From a bacterium (GTDB lineage Bacteria > Patescibacteriota > Minisyncoccia > Phycocordibacterales > SBAW01), in contig JAKBZO010000003.1 of assembly GCA_021839985.1 (NCBI GenBank), forward strand, positions 1 through 46,793: a DNA stretch of 46,793 bases. Reading direction: 5' to 3'. The position numbers were made by a program, and so were the translations under genes. Position 1 is the stretch's first letter. Every line of letters begins with the position of its first letter. Shown here piece by piece: positions 9,850 through 18,003 of the stretch. The notes under the pieces were generated by a model, which saw nothing but the letters and a program-made list of their open reading frames with translations, made no database searches and was not told where the DNA came from.

Positions 9850-10422
9850 TCAATACTCCGGCTGAGTCTCCGCAAGTGTCTTCTTGAGCGCTTCGCGCGC
9901 GCGGCGCAATCGCACACCGACCGTCCCGACCGGAATATGCAGTACGTCGGCGATGTCCTGATATCCAAGCTCCTGCATATAATAAAGGATCACGATCTCG
10001 CGATATCGCGGCGAGAGCGATGCCACGCCGTCCTCGACCATCTGTCGCATGCGCTCTTCCTCGATCACATCGCGCTCCGGCTCAGGCGACGGGAACGCGA
10101 CCATCGCATCAAGATCAAGCAGAACGATCGGATCACGCTCGCGCTCTCTGATCACGTCCATGAACGCGTTGTGTGCGATGCGATAGATCCAAGGTGAGAA
10201 TCGGCGCGTCGTGTCGAAGCTGTTGATATTGCGATAGACCGAGATGAAGATATCCTGCACCGCGTCATCGACCTGTTCGTCTCGTTTAAGGAACTTTCTG
10301 CCATAGCGCGTCATCGCCGCTTGGTACCGATTCATGAGCGCGGTGAACGCATGTTCATCTCCTCTCTGAACAAGCGCGGCGAGCGCTTCATCGGAGATAT
10401 CATTAACTGATTCGGACGGCAT
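9850..10422 (-). CDS. ECF RNA polymerase sigma-70 factor
   Basis: Region 2 (DAVQDIF...FSPWIYRIAHN) and region 4 (LSPRYREIVILYY...YQDIADVLHIPVGTVGVRLRRAR). Confidence 0.93.
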   Translation of the reverse strand: MPSESVNDISDEALAALVQRGDEHAFTALMNRYQAAMTRYGRKFLKRDEQVDDAVQDIFISVYRNINSFDTTRRFSPWIYRIAHNAFMDVIRERERDPIVLLDLDAMVAFPSPEPERDVIEEERMRQMVEDGVASLSPRYREIVILYYMQELGYQDIADVLHIPVGTVGVRLRRAREALKKTLAETQPEY

Positions 10423-10434
10423 ATCACCATGATA

Positions 10435-11673
10435 CTACCTCCGCGGCGTCTCCTGCATCATGGCGCTCTCGAGCCGCTCCAGCGCGATCACGAACGCGCC
10501 GCGACGCAGATCGGTGTGAAGCTCGCCTGCGCGCGCCAGCACGGCGCGCGCCTCGCGCGACATGATCTCCTCCAATCGCGCGTTCACGTCCGCCTCGCTC
10601 CAATGCTCGCCCTTAAGATTCTGCTCCCACTCGAAGGTCGAGACGATCACGCCGCCTGCATTGGCGAGAATGTCGGGCACGACCGGAATGCCGCGCGCAA
10701 AGAGTGCGTCATCAGCCTCTGGCGTCGTCGGACCGTTCGCCAATTCGAGGATCATGCGTGCATGGATGCGGCCGACATTCTCTCCCGCGATCTGATCCTC
10801 AAGCGCCGCGGGGATCAGAACATCGACCGGAAGCTCAAGCAGGTCTTCATTGCCGATCGGCTGCGCGTTCGGGAATCCGTCGAGCGTTCCGTGTTCTTGT
10901 TTGTATGATTCGACCGCGTCGACATCAAGACCATCCATATTGACGATGCCGCCACGAGAATCCGACATCGCGACGATGCGCGCGCCGTGCTTTGCGAAGA
11001 TACGCGCCGCATTACCGCCCACGTTACCCATTCCCTGTATCGCGACCGTCGGCTGAGCCGGCACGCCAAGCGCCTCTCGGAGCACATCGAATACGAACCA
11101 GCCGCCGAGACTCGTGGCAAGCATGCGACCTTCCGAGCCGCCGCGATCAAGCGGCTTGCCGGTGAACGTCGCGCCGGTCGTGTCGCCGGTGAGTTTTGAG
11201 TATTCATCGGTCATGATCGCCATGATCGCCGGGTTGGTGTTCACGTCGGGCGCCGGTACATCGATATGCGGACCGAGTATCGGATAGAGTGCTCGCACCC
11301 AGCCGCGCGACAGCGCTTCCAGTTCTCGCGGCGACAGCTTCTTCGGATCGACGGTGATGCCGCCCTTGCCGCCGCCCATCGGAATATTTGCCACCGCGGT
11401 CTTGATCGTCATCCACAGCGCCAGCGCCCGCACTTCATTTTTATTGGTGTCTGGATGAAAACGGATCCCGCCCTTGTACGGACCGCGCGCATGATCGTGC
11501 TGCACGCGATAGCCTTCGAATAGCTGCGTCGATCCGTCATCCATGACGACCGGTATCGCGACCGACACTTCGCGCTCGGGAGTTTGGAGCCGCAGGAGGA
11601 CATCTTCGCGGATCGGCCGCAGTGCTACCGCACGAGTAAGTTGTAACAGAGCGTCTTCAAATGGGTTGTTCAT
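10435..11673 (-). CDS. gdhA: Glu/Leu/Phe/Val dehydrogenase (glutamate dehydrogenase)
   Basis: RGPYKGGIRFHP, GGGKGGI, DVPAPDVNT, IQGMGNVG, PDILANAGGVIVS motifs. Confidence 0.92.
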   Translation of the reverse strand: MNNPFEDALLQLTRAVALRPIREDVLLRLQTPEREVSVAIPVVMDDGSTQLFEGYRVQHDHARGPYKGGIRFHPDTNKNEVRALALWMTIKTAVANIPMGGGKGGITVDPKKLSPRELEALSRGWVRALYPILGPHIDVPAPDVNTNPAIMAIMTDEYSKLTGDTTGATFTGKPLDRGGSEGRMLATSLGGWFVFDVLREALGVPAQPTVAIQGMGNVGGNAARIFAKHGARIVAMSDSRGGIVNMDGLDVDAVESYKQEHGTLDGFPNAQPIGNEDLLELPVDVLIPAALEDQIAGENVGRIHARMILELANGPTTPEADDALFARGIPVVPDILANAGGVIVSTFEWEQNLKGEHWSEADVNARLEEIMSREARAVLARAGELHTDLRRGAFVIALERLESAMMQETPRR

Positions 11674-11676
11674 AGT

Positions 11677-11862
11677 TAGTAACTGTCTAACATCTCACCG
11701 CATATAATTAATAAAACGACGCTTGCTGTTCAGAACAATGAAATTTCGGCTGCAAAACTTCGCTTCGACGCTCGCCATATCTCGATATGGTTCGGTCCCC
11801 ATCTCGTTTTTCGCCTGATATTTCATTGTTTTGATTCGGCATGAGATCTTAGACAGTTACTA
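11677..11862. mobile_element. 186-bp MITE-like element
   Basis: Perfect 14-bp terminal inverted repeats TAGTAACTGTCTAA / TTAGACAGTTACTA extending inward (ATCTCA/TGAGAT), nested internal stems, no ORF. Confidence 0.75.
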
Positions 11863-11876
11863 TTGTTACGCTGCCG

Positions 11877-13628
11877 CTACTCTTTTATTTCAAAGAGCAG
11901 CCGTGCGAGACGGATCGTGTCGTAGGTGTAGGTGCCGCCGAGTCGCTCGAAGATCGGCGTGAGTTTCTCGTGTCCGACCTTCTCCATGGCATGGTGGATC
12001 TCCTCGATCCCGTCTTCGGTGCCGTCTTTAAGATGTGCGACGTCGCGCAGATTGAGCAAGCCTTCGGTGCGCAGATCTTCGAGATGTTTGAAAATAGTGC
12101 CGACCGTCTTGTTCTGTTTTTTCGCCGCTTCTTCTATCGTGCCGCCTTCGCGGATGAAGGCGAGCGTTTCAAGGCACGGATGGGTCTTTGGCGCCGCGGT
12201 CGGGCGCGCGGGGCTTCGCCCCGCGCGCCCCTTTGCGCCCCTCTTCACGCCTCCATCCACAGTGCCTCCGCACGCCCGAATGAAATTCTCATGCATCACC
12301 TCGATCTCGCGCGGCGGCAGCGCCATGAACGCCTCAACTGCCGCATCCGACTGCTCGCGGAACTCTGCATCGCGCGCGCGGATGTCCGGGTGCACCTGAA
12401 GCGCGCGTTCATTGAGTCCGAGCAGGTGCAACCCTTCAAGCGAGCGCACGCGCGAAAGCGCCACGTATCCTTGTCCATATTCAAATGCGCCGGAGAGATC
12501 GATGACCGCGCTGTCGAGCGACATGCCCTGGCTCTTATGCACCGTGATCGCCCACGCAAGCCGCAGCGGCACCTGCAGCACGCGCGCCGCTTTCTTGCCA
12601 TCGTTCTCTATCGACCACTCCGCCACTTCCGCCTCCACCGTGCGGCCCTCTCGCGTGCGCACAACCGGCGTACCGTCGGAACGGCGGAATTGCGTCACCT
12701 CGCCGGTCGTCCCATTCACATACCTGCCCTCAAGATGATTGCGCGTGAACATCACCTTCGCACCGGTCTTGAGCTCGAGCCGCTCCGGCGAAAGACAGTT
12801 GCGCCTGAGCGCTTCGATAAGAGGCGGCGCGCCGTATCCCTGCATGGTGAACACACGCGACGCGCCAGAGAGTTTCGCGAGCGCCGCATCATTCACGCGA
12901 TCGACGTTCACATTATGTGGGAAAAGCCTCGTCGTGTTCTCGAGCTCGATCGAGTCTTCATTGATGCGCCTTCCTTCAAGCAGCGCTCGATGCTCGCGAT
13001 CGACACTCCCCGAGCGCAGCGCTGAAAGCATGCGCAAAAAATCTGCATCTTCCTGGCGATGTTGTTCAGAGAGATAACACACGATCGGATTGATCGTGTT
13101 CCAAACTGATGACTGATACGCGAACACTGCGCCGCCCATTTCGGGCGAACCTGTGTCATCAAACGACATCTGCGCGCTTTCCTCGCGCTTGACGATCGGC
13201 GGCAATTGGAAGAAATCACCGACCAGCACCACCTGCAGACCGCCGAACGCTTTGCTTGAGCGGCGCACGCTGCGGCATACCGCCTCTACCATCGCGAGCA
13301 CATCGGCGGAGAGCATCGAAACCTCATCAATAATGAGTACGCGCGCGTTTTGGATGCGGCGCACCGTGCGCTCGTTCTGCGCGATCTGATCGAGATCATA
13401 GTCGGTGAGTTGTTTGCGCACGCCGATACCGCTCCACGAATGAATGGTCGTGCCGCCGACATGCGTCGCCGCGATGCCGGTCGATGCGGTGATCGCCGGT
13501 TCAACGCCGTGATCGCGCAAATACGCGACGTATTCGTTGATCGTATACGTCTTACCACTCCCCGGCTCGCCGGTGAGAAATACATTCGCTCCCGTCTTGA
13601 GAATGGTCAGCGCCTCATCCTGCGTCAT
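11877..13628 (-). CDS. Pif1-like SF1B DNA helicase with C-terminal HTH domain
   Basis: TGEPGSGKT (Walker A), IIDEVSM, GDFFQLPP, AWAITVHKSQGMSL, YVALSRVR. Confidence 0.9.
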   Translation of the reverse strand: MTQDEALTILKTGANVFLTGEPGSGKTYTINEYVAYLRDHGVEPAITASTGIAATHVGGTTIHSWSGIGVRKQLTDYDLDQIAQNERTVRRIQNARVLIIDEVSMLSADVLAMVEAVCRSVRRSSKAFGGLQVVLVGDFFQLPPIVKREESAQMSFDDTGSPEMGGAVFAYQSSVWNTINPIVCYLSEQHRQEDADFLRMLSALRSGSVDREHRALLEGRRINEDSIELENTTRLFPHNVNVDRVNDAALAKLSGASRVFTMQGYGAPPLIEALRRNCLSPERLELKTGAKVMFTRNHLEGRYVNGTTGEVTQFRRSDGTPVVRTREGRTVEAEVAEWSIENDGKKAARVLQVPLRLAWAITVHKSQGMSLDSAVIDLSGAFEYGQGYVALSRVRSLEGLHLLGLNERALQVHPDIRARDAEFREQSDAAVEAFMALPPREIEVMHENFIRACGGTVDGGVKRGAKGRAGRSPARPTAAPKTHPCLETLAFIREGGTIEEAAKKQNKTVGTIFKHLEDLRTEGLLNLRDVAHLKDGTEDGIEEIHHAMEKVGHEKLTPIFERLGGTYTYDTIRLARLLFEIKE

Positions 13629-13670
13629 GTCCTCTACTCTATCACGCCAACAACTCTCGAAGAATGAGCT

Positions 13671-14150
13671 CTATTCACTGATGGTCACGCTCTCAATCGT
13701 CATCGGTTCAACAGGCCGATCATTCATGCCGGTCGCCGTGCCCTCGATAGCACTCACCGCTTCCATACCTGCGACCACGCGTCCGAAGACCGTGTGCTTA
13801 GGATCAAGAAAATTGTTATCGGCAGTATTGATGAAGAACTGACTACCGTTAGTGTTCGGACCGGCATTTGCCATTGCGATCGTACCGATCGCATTATTGT
13901 TCTGCGGCGTGATCTCATCGGCAAAGGTATAACCCGGACCGCCGGTTCCCCAGCGCGCTATGAGCGTGTCGTCCTTGCTCTGCGGATCGCCGCCCTGGAT
14001 CATGAAGCCTGCGATAACGCGATGGAACTTGGTGCCATCATAAAAACCATTCTTTGCGAGTTTGATGAAATTCGCAACCGTGTTCGGCGCCAGCTCCGGC
14101 AAAAACTCGATAACGATATCTCCCTTCGTGGTGTGTAGTGTCGCGTGCAT
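13671..14150 (-). CDS. Cyclophilin-type peptidyl-prolyl cis-trans isomerase
   Basis: FYDGTKFHRVIAGFMIQGGDP, AMANAGPNTNGSQFFI, HTVFGRVV. Confidence 0.95.
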   Translation of the reverse strand: MHATLHTTKGDIVIEFLPELAPNTVANFIKLAKNGFYDGTKFHRVIAGFMIQGGDPQSKDDTLIARWGTGGPGYTFADEITPQNNNAIGTIAMANAGPNTNGSQFFINTADNNFLDPKHTVFGRVVAGMEAVSAIEGTATGMNDRPVEPMTIESVTISE

Positions 14151-14206
14151 AGTGTTAATTATTTATTTAAATGAACTGAGAGCTAAACGCTTCCAGATCA
14201 GTTGTT

Positions 14207-14426
14207 TGTGACCCTACCGGGATTGTCCCAGAATCACGGGTCCTTTGTTCGCGCTCTGCGCTCCAAAGTGATCTCGTGTTCCTGGACGGCGCCTCGTATT
14301 TCCCTCGCTGTGATCGCTCGGAAAATATACTGCGGCGCTTCAAATCCCGACAGAAAGCGCGCAGGCGCTTTCTTGTAAGTTCACTCACAGAAAAACGGCG
14401 CTCATCGCGCTCATTTTTTCTGCGTG
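14207..14426 (-). repeat. tRNA-Glu-linked structured element (mirror copy plus direct copy of tRNA 3' end)
   Basis: 14207-14224 is identical to 14425-14442. An inverted tRNA 3' copy at 14339-14395 is interrupted by the hairpin AGAAAGCGC-GCAG-GCGCTTTCT (14352-14373). Confidence 0.8.
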
Positions 14427-14499
14427 TGACCCTACCGGGATTTGAACCCGGGTTACCGCCGTGAGAGGGCGATGTCCTAGACCACTAGACGATAGGGCC
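14427..14499 (-). tRNA. tRNA-Glu(CTC)
   Basis: GGCCCTA...TAGGGTC-A cloverleaf, anticodon loop CT-CTC-AC, T-loop TTCAAAT; CCA not encoded. Confidence 0.95.
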
Positions 14500-14500
14500 G

Positions 14501-14627
14501 CTATCGCGACCATATATTCGTTGCTCGCTCGGAAATCCGCACTGCGCTCGTCGGAATATGAAAACGAGTTTTCCATTCCTCCTCACTTGTGCTCACATTT
14601 CTCTCGCTTCGCTAGGATATAGGGCCG
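14501..14627 (-). repeat. Structured leader element starting with a copy of the tRNA-Glu 5' end
   Basis: ATAGGGCCG at 14619-14627 repeats 14492-14500. Minus-strand ends pair (CGGCCCTATAT/ATATATGGTCG); internal hairpins and AGCGAAGCGAG motif. Confidence 0.55.
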
Positions 14628-14705
14628 ATGAAAATAAAATAGCATAGAAAATTCCATTTGGAAAATCGTTTGTTTTATCGTAGTATTGAATTTGTTCGCA
14701 AATAC

Positions 14706-14833
14706 GGAGAGGTGGCTGAGTGGATGAAAAGCAAACTTCTTTGCTTTTCATCCGGTCCCGAGGCTTTGCGAGGGAAAACCCGTTGTTGAGCGAATGCGAA
14801 ACAGGGCTTAGGTGGACGAACTTGTTCGATCAC
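14706..14833 (+). repeat. Structured element starting with an 18-nt copy of the tRNA-Ser(CGA) 5' end
   Basis: GGAGAGGTGGCTGAGTGG at 14706-14723 equals 14895-14912; then perfect hairpin 14722-14753 and GAGCGAATGCGAA-type hairpin; no tRNA 3' half. Confidence 0.65.
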
Positions 14834-14894
14834 GGAGTTGAAGATCTTGCTATCTGTTCAGTGTGGCGCGCGGTTGGTACAATCACATAAACAT

Positions 14895-14984
14895 GGAGAG
14901 GTGGCTGAGTGGTCGAAGGCACCTGACTCGAAATCAGGCGTACTCGAAAGGGTACCGAGAGTTCGAATCTCTCCCTCTCCGCCA
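14895..14984 (+). tRNA. tRNA-Ser(CGA)
   Basis: GGAGAGG...CCTCTCC-G-CCA, anticodon loop CT-CGA-AA, long variable arm; extended -10 TGGTACAAT just upstream. Confidence 0.95.
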
Positions 14985-15025
14985 ACACAAAATAGCGCTT
15001 CCGGGCGCTTATTTTGTTGGTTGGT
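14982..15025 (+). terminator. Terminator hairpin after tRNA-Ser(CGA)
   Basis: CAAAATAGCGC-TTCCGG-GCGCTTATTTTG; nearly identical to the hairpin after tRNA-Ser(GGA). Confidence 0.7.
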
Positions 15026-15056
15026 GTATAGGACATCCGCCCTGTGGATAAGTATG

Positions 15057-15086
15057 TTGACGACTTGTCAATAAACTGGGGATAAT
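15057..15086 (+). promoter_or_regulatory. Sigma70-like promoter overlapped by TTGAC-N5-GTCAA palindrome
   Basis: TTGACG-18-GATAAT with TTGACgacttGTCAATAA; perfect DnaA box TGTGGATAA at 15043-15051. Confidence 0.5.
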
Positions 15087-15091
15087 TATCA

Positions 15092-15272
15092 TCAGACGCT
15101 CAAAAAACAGGGATTCGGTCAATATTGTGATGGTCTGTTGAAAAACAGCCGGCCGCAGGGGTGGTCAATAAAACGACGCCCCCATAACGTAGGCGAGAGC
15201 CGTAGACCAGAAGAACAGTTTTGGAAGGAAGGATGGGCGCCCCGTATTCAAAACCGAGGGCGCTATTCTTTT
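15092..15272 (+). ncRNA. Candidate small structured RNA 1
   Basis: Lies between the promoter and a GCGCCC/GGGCGC + U-tract terminator (15237-15272); several hairpins; no convincing ORF. Confidence 0.35.
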
Positions 15273-15344
15273 GCCTGGCAAGACCCGCCCACACGTCACC
15301 AACCCCTTTATTTACAACGTAAATCGTACTAAATCACTATAGAC

Positions 15345-15373
15345 TTGACATACCGTCAATAATCTGATAACGT
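15345..15373 (+). promoter_or_regulatory. Sigma70-like promoter overlapped by TTGAC-N5-GTCAA palindrome
   Basis: TTGACA-17-TAACGT with TTGACataccGTCAATAA. Confidence 0.6.
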
Positions 15374-15379
15374 TTAAAT

Positions 15380-15530
15380 AGGTAGCAACGACGGAAGAAG
15401 TAGATTCATCGTGAGGGTTCATAGGTGACCCGTTGAAGTCGATCGAAAGATGGCTTCCATAGATAGAATATCAACTCTTCCCCACTGAACATGCGGGCGC
15501 CAGCGGAATTCAAACGCGGCGCCCCTTTTG
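15380..15530 (+). ncRNA. Candidate small structured RNA 2
   Basis: GGAAGA(15393)/TCTTCC(15476) stem encloses two hairpins (one GAAA tetraloop), followed by GGGCGCC/GGCGCCC + T-tract terminator. Confidence 0.45.
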
Positions 15531-15622
15531 TTTGTATGCATGAACCTATACTTTTGGTCTTCTTGCTATCTGCCCGCGACTACGAGACACTTAAAGGAGT
15601 TGTTCTCGCTCAAGGAGGCATC

Positions 15623-15979
15623 ATGAGTCAAAATGTCCTGCAACATCTCGCTGCGGGCGTGACGGTGCGGATCACCTGCGACGGTACGGTCATCAGCACG
15701 ACGCAAAAGACAAAAGAGGGGCGACCTTTTAAGATAGTCTGCAAAAGGTCGATCGTCGATGAAGGGATGATCCGATACGTCGGATCACTCCCCCAACCTC
15801 GCATCAAGATACAAGTCTTTTCAGGACACTCCAAGGGTAACTTTGAATTCGTCTTCATTAGGTCAGACGATCTGGCACAGCGAGGGTGGCGCATGCTCCT
15901 GAAAGATTCAAATGGCGGGAAGGACCCCTGCTTCCGCATCAACTCCCCCACCTACCGGTTCGAAGTCATCGAGACGTGA
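15623..15979 (+). CDS. Orphan hypothetical protein (118 aa)
   Basis: Strong SD AAGGAGG before ATG 15623; terminator-like hairpin at about 15993-16020; no recognised family. Confidence 0.65.
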   Translation: MSQNVLQHLAAGVTVRITCDGTVISTTQKTKEGRPFKIVCKRSIVDEGMIRYVGSLPQPRIKIQVFSGHSKGNFEFVFIRSDDLAQRGWRMLLKDSNGGKDPCFRINSPTYRFEVIET

Positions 15980-16055
15980 ACCACCTCAGGTAACCGGCTG
16001 CTTCTCGCAGCCGGTTTTTCCTTGCTGCATATCGCGTGTATAGTATATGCACATC

Positions 16056-16532
16056 ATGCAGCCGATCGAGCTCATACTCATCCTCCACGATATCCGCAGC
16101 GTGCACAACGTCGGCTCGCTCTTTCGTACCGCCGACGGTGCTGGGGTCGCGCGCATCATACTCTCCGGCTGCACGCCGACGCCGATCGATCGGTTCGGCC
16201 GCGAGCGTCAGGACTTCGCTAAAGTATCGCTCGGCGCGGAAAAGACCATGCCGTGGTCGTATGCGAACAACGTCCACACTGAACTCGATAGACTCAAAGA
16301 AGATACCTATACGATAGCGGCACTTGAGCAAGACGCTCGATCGTCTTCCCTTCTGGGGTGGCGGCCAGAGAATGCTCGCGTTGCACTGATCCTTGGCAAT
16401 GAGGTGGGCGGTATCGCACCGGACCTGCTTGATCGCGCTGACGTCATTCTTGAGATCCCGATGTATGGCCTCAAAGAATCACTCAACGTCTCGGTCGTCG
16501 GCGGTATCGCGCTTTTTGGCATGAGATTCTAA
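16056..16532 (+). CDS. TrmH/SpoU-family RNA 2'-O-methyltransferase
   Basis: LHDIRSVHNVGSLFRTADG, LILGNEVGGI, IPMYGLKESLNVSV SPOUT motifs. Start 16056 preferred over 16047 because of the TATAGT -10 position. Confidence 0.9.
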   Translation: MQPIELILILHDIRSVHNVGSLFRTADGAGVARIILSGCTPTPIDRFGRERQDFAKVSLGAEKTMPWSYANNVHTELDRLKEDTYTIAALEQDARSSSLLGWRPENARVALILGNEVGGIAPDLLDRADVILEIPMYGLKESLNVSVVGGIALFGMRF

Positions 16533-16541
16533 AAAGATCGC

Positions 16542-16577
16542 AAACAAAAACCGCCCCTGACGAGCGGTTTTTGTTTT
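16542..16577. terminator. Bidirectional intrinsic terminator
   Basis: AAACAAAAACCGC-loop-GCGGTTTTTGTTT between convergent genes. Confidence 0.8.
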
Positions 16578-16595
16578 TCAACTCAGAGAGATGGA

Positions 16596-17405
16596 TTACT
16601 GCGTTGAGGTCGTGGCGGTCTCCTGCGTCGTCGTTGCTTCGCGAGCCGGCTTCGGAAGGGACTTGCGGATCGTGTCGATGTCTTTGCGCGCGGCATTGAG
16701 ATCGTGCTGCGCCGCAACGATCTTGCTGCGCGCATCTTTGAGCGCCGCGAGATTGGACTGCAAAATGGTCTTATCGCCATTGTCCGGCTGCAATCCTGAC
16801 ACTTCACTCTGTGCTGCCTGTGCTTGCGTCTGCGCATCGGCGACCTTTGTCTGGTAGTCAGCGAGCGCCGCCTCAGCCGCAGTCACATTCGCACCTGATG
16901 TGGATGCGTTGGTAATGAGCGTCTGAAGCTTGGTGCCAACGGTCTGCATCGCCTGAACCAGTCCGGTGATGCGGCTTGTCGCTGCCATGATATTCACCCT
17001 CGGCTCAAGAAGCGCATACGTTCGGAACGACTTGGTGATCGACTGAAGGTCGGTCTTGAGGGTCGTCGACGCGTCAGTGCCGATCTTACCTTTCAGATCG
17101 GAAAGTTCCTGGATCTGCGCCTGCACCTCACTGCCGAGGGTGTCTTTGGTGGTTGATGATATGCGCATCGACGCGATGCGCGTGTCGAAATTCTGGAGAG
17201 AAGTAAGACGATTATCGATCTCCTTGTTTGCCTGGTCCTGTTCCTTCGTCATGCGCAGCGCCGTAGTCGACGCTATGCGCGCCTGGATAGCTTCTGCGCG
17301 CGTTCGCGCATTCGCGCCTGACTCTTGAGCTAGAGCCGGAAGTGCAGCGCCACAAAGGATCGCGATCGCCGCAATACTGGAAATACGAGTTGCTATTTTG
17401 TTCAT
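16596..17405 (-). CDS. Secreted alpha-helical/coiled-coil protein (269 aa)
   Basis: Signal peptide MNKIATR...LPALA-QE, Ala/Gln/Thr-rich heptads; start placed at 17405. Confidence 0.75.
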   Translation of the reverse strand: MNKIATRISSIAAIAILCGAALPALAQESGANARTRAEAIQARIASTTALRMTKEQDQANKEIDNRLTSLQNFDTRIASMRISSTTKDTLGSEVQAQIQELSDLKGKIGTDASTTLKTDLQSITKSFRTYALLEPRVNIMAATSRITGLVQAMQTVGTKLQTLITNASTSGANVTAAEAALADYQTKVADAQTQAQAAQSEVSGLQPDNGDKTILQSNLAALKDARSKIVAAQHDLNAARKDIDTIRKSLPKPAREATTTQETATTSTQ

Positions 17406-17439
17406 GATGTCGTGCGTTAAGTTACGTCTGGTAATGATC

Positions 17440-17727
17440 TTACTGCTGAGCGGCTGCGCTCGTGACGCTCTGATCCACTGCTGATGCGTCTGAATTAAGA
17501 CCATTGAGTTGTGCGTCAATAGCCGCGGTGTCGGAATCAAGCGCTGCGCTCGACGTGTCGGTTGCCGCCGTCGAGAGGATCGGTTGTGCCGTCGCGCTCG
17601 ACTGCTGCACGCCGCCGTGATCGGCCTCGCGAACTCCACCCTGCTGCTTATCCCAAACGACCCACACCACACCAATGATCACGAGCACAATGACAACCCA
17701 CATGACCGTTTTATTGGCAGATGACAT
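17440..17727 (-). CDS. Small single-pass membrane protein (95 aa)
   Basis: MSSANKTVMWVVIVLVIIGVVWVVW TM, then low-complexity S/A/D/Q tail; co-oriented with the downstream secreted protein. Confidence 0.7.
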   Translation of the reverse strand: MSSANKTVMWVVIVLVIIGVVWVVWDKQQGGVREADHGGVQQSSATAQPILSTAATDTSSAALDSDTAAIDAQLNGLNSDASAVDQSVTSAAAQQ

Positions 17728-17872
17728 GTTATGAATGTAATTATTGGTAACTTCCGCTTCATTATACCTCGACCTGTGAACCGTCGATAACAGCATCCTG
17801 TGGACGGGTAGCACGTGGAATGAAAATACGGTATATTCTTAAATACGTTCGGTTCTTGTAGATATTTCATAT

Positions 17873-17945
17873 GCGCGGTTAGCTCAGTTGGTAGAGCATT
17901 CCCTTGACGTGGGAAGGGTCGCAGATTCGAGTTCTGCACCGCGCA
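17873..17945 (+). tRNA. tRNA-Val(GAC)
   Basis: GCGCGGT...ACCGCGC-A cloverleaf, anticodon loop TT-GAC-GT; T-stem closes with A-T instead of G-C. Confidence 0.93.
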
Positions 17946-18003
17946 CATTGCTTTTAAAAACCTCACAGCCGCAAACGATAAGCGACTGTGATATCATGAC
18001 GCC

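Noticed and set aside
14207-14442. Classical prophage/genomic island bounded by tRNA direct repeats (also at tRNA-Phe)
   Set aside because: The repeats enclose only about 200 bp with no integrase or cargo; reported instead as tRNA-linked elements.
14706-14984. Intron-containing or split tRNA-Ser
   Set aside because: A complete uninterrupted tRNA-Ser exists at 14895-14984 with its own -10. The upstream segment has no tRNA 3' half and no group I intron core that I can identify.
15043-15051. Replication origin at the DnaA box
   Set aside because: Only one perfect box, no box cluster and no dnaA/dnaN nearby.
15216-15234. SRP RNA helix-8-like string CAGTTTTGGAAGGAAGGAT
   Set aside because: The conserved CAGG/AGCAG internal loop is broken and no long enclosing SRP stem is evident.
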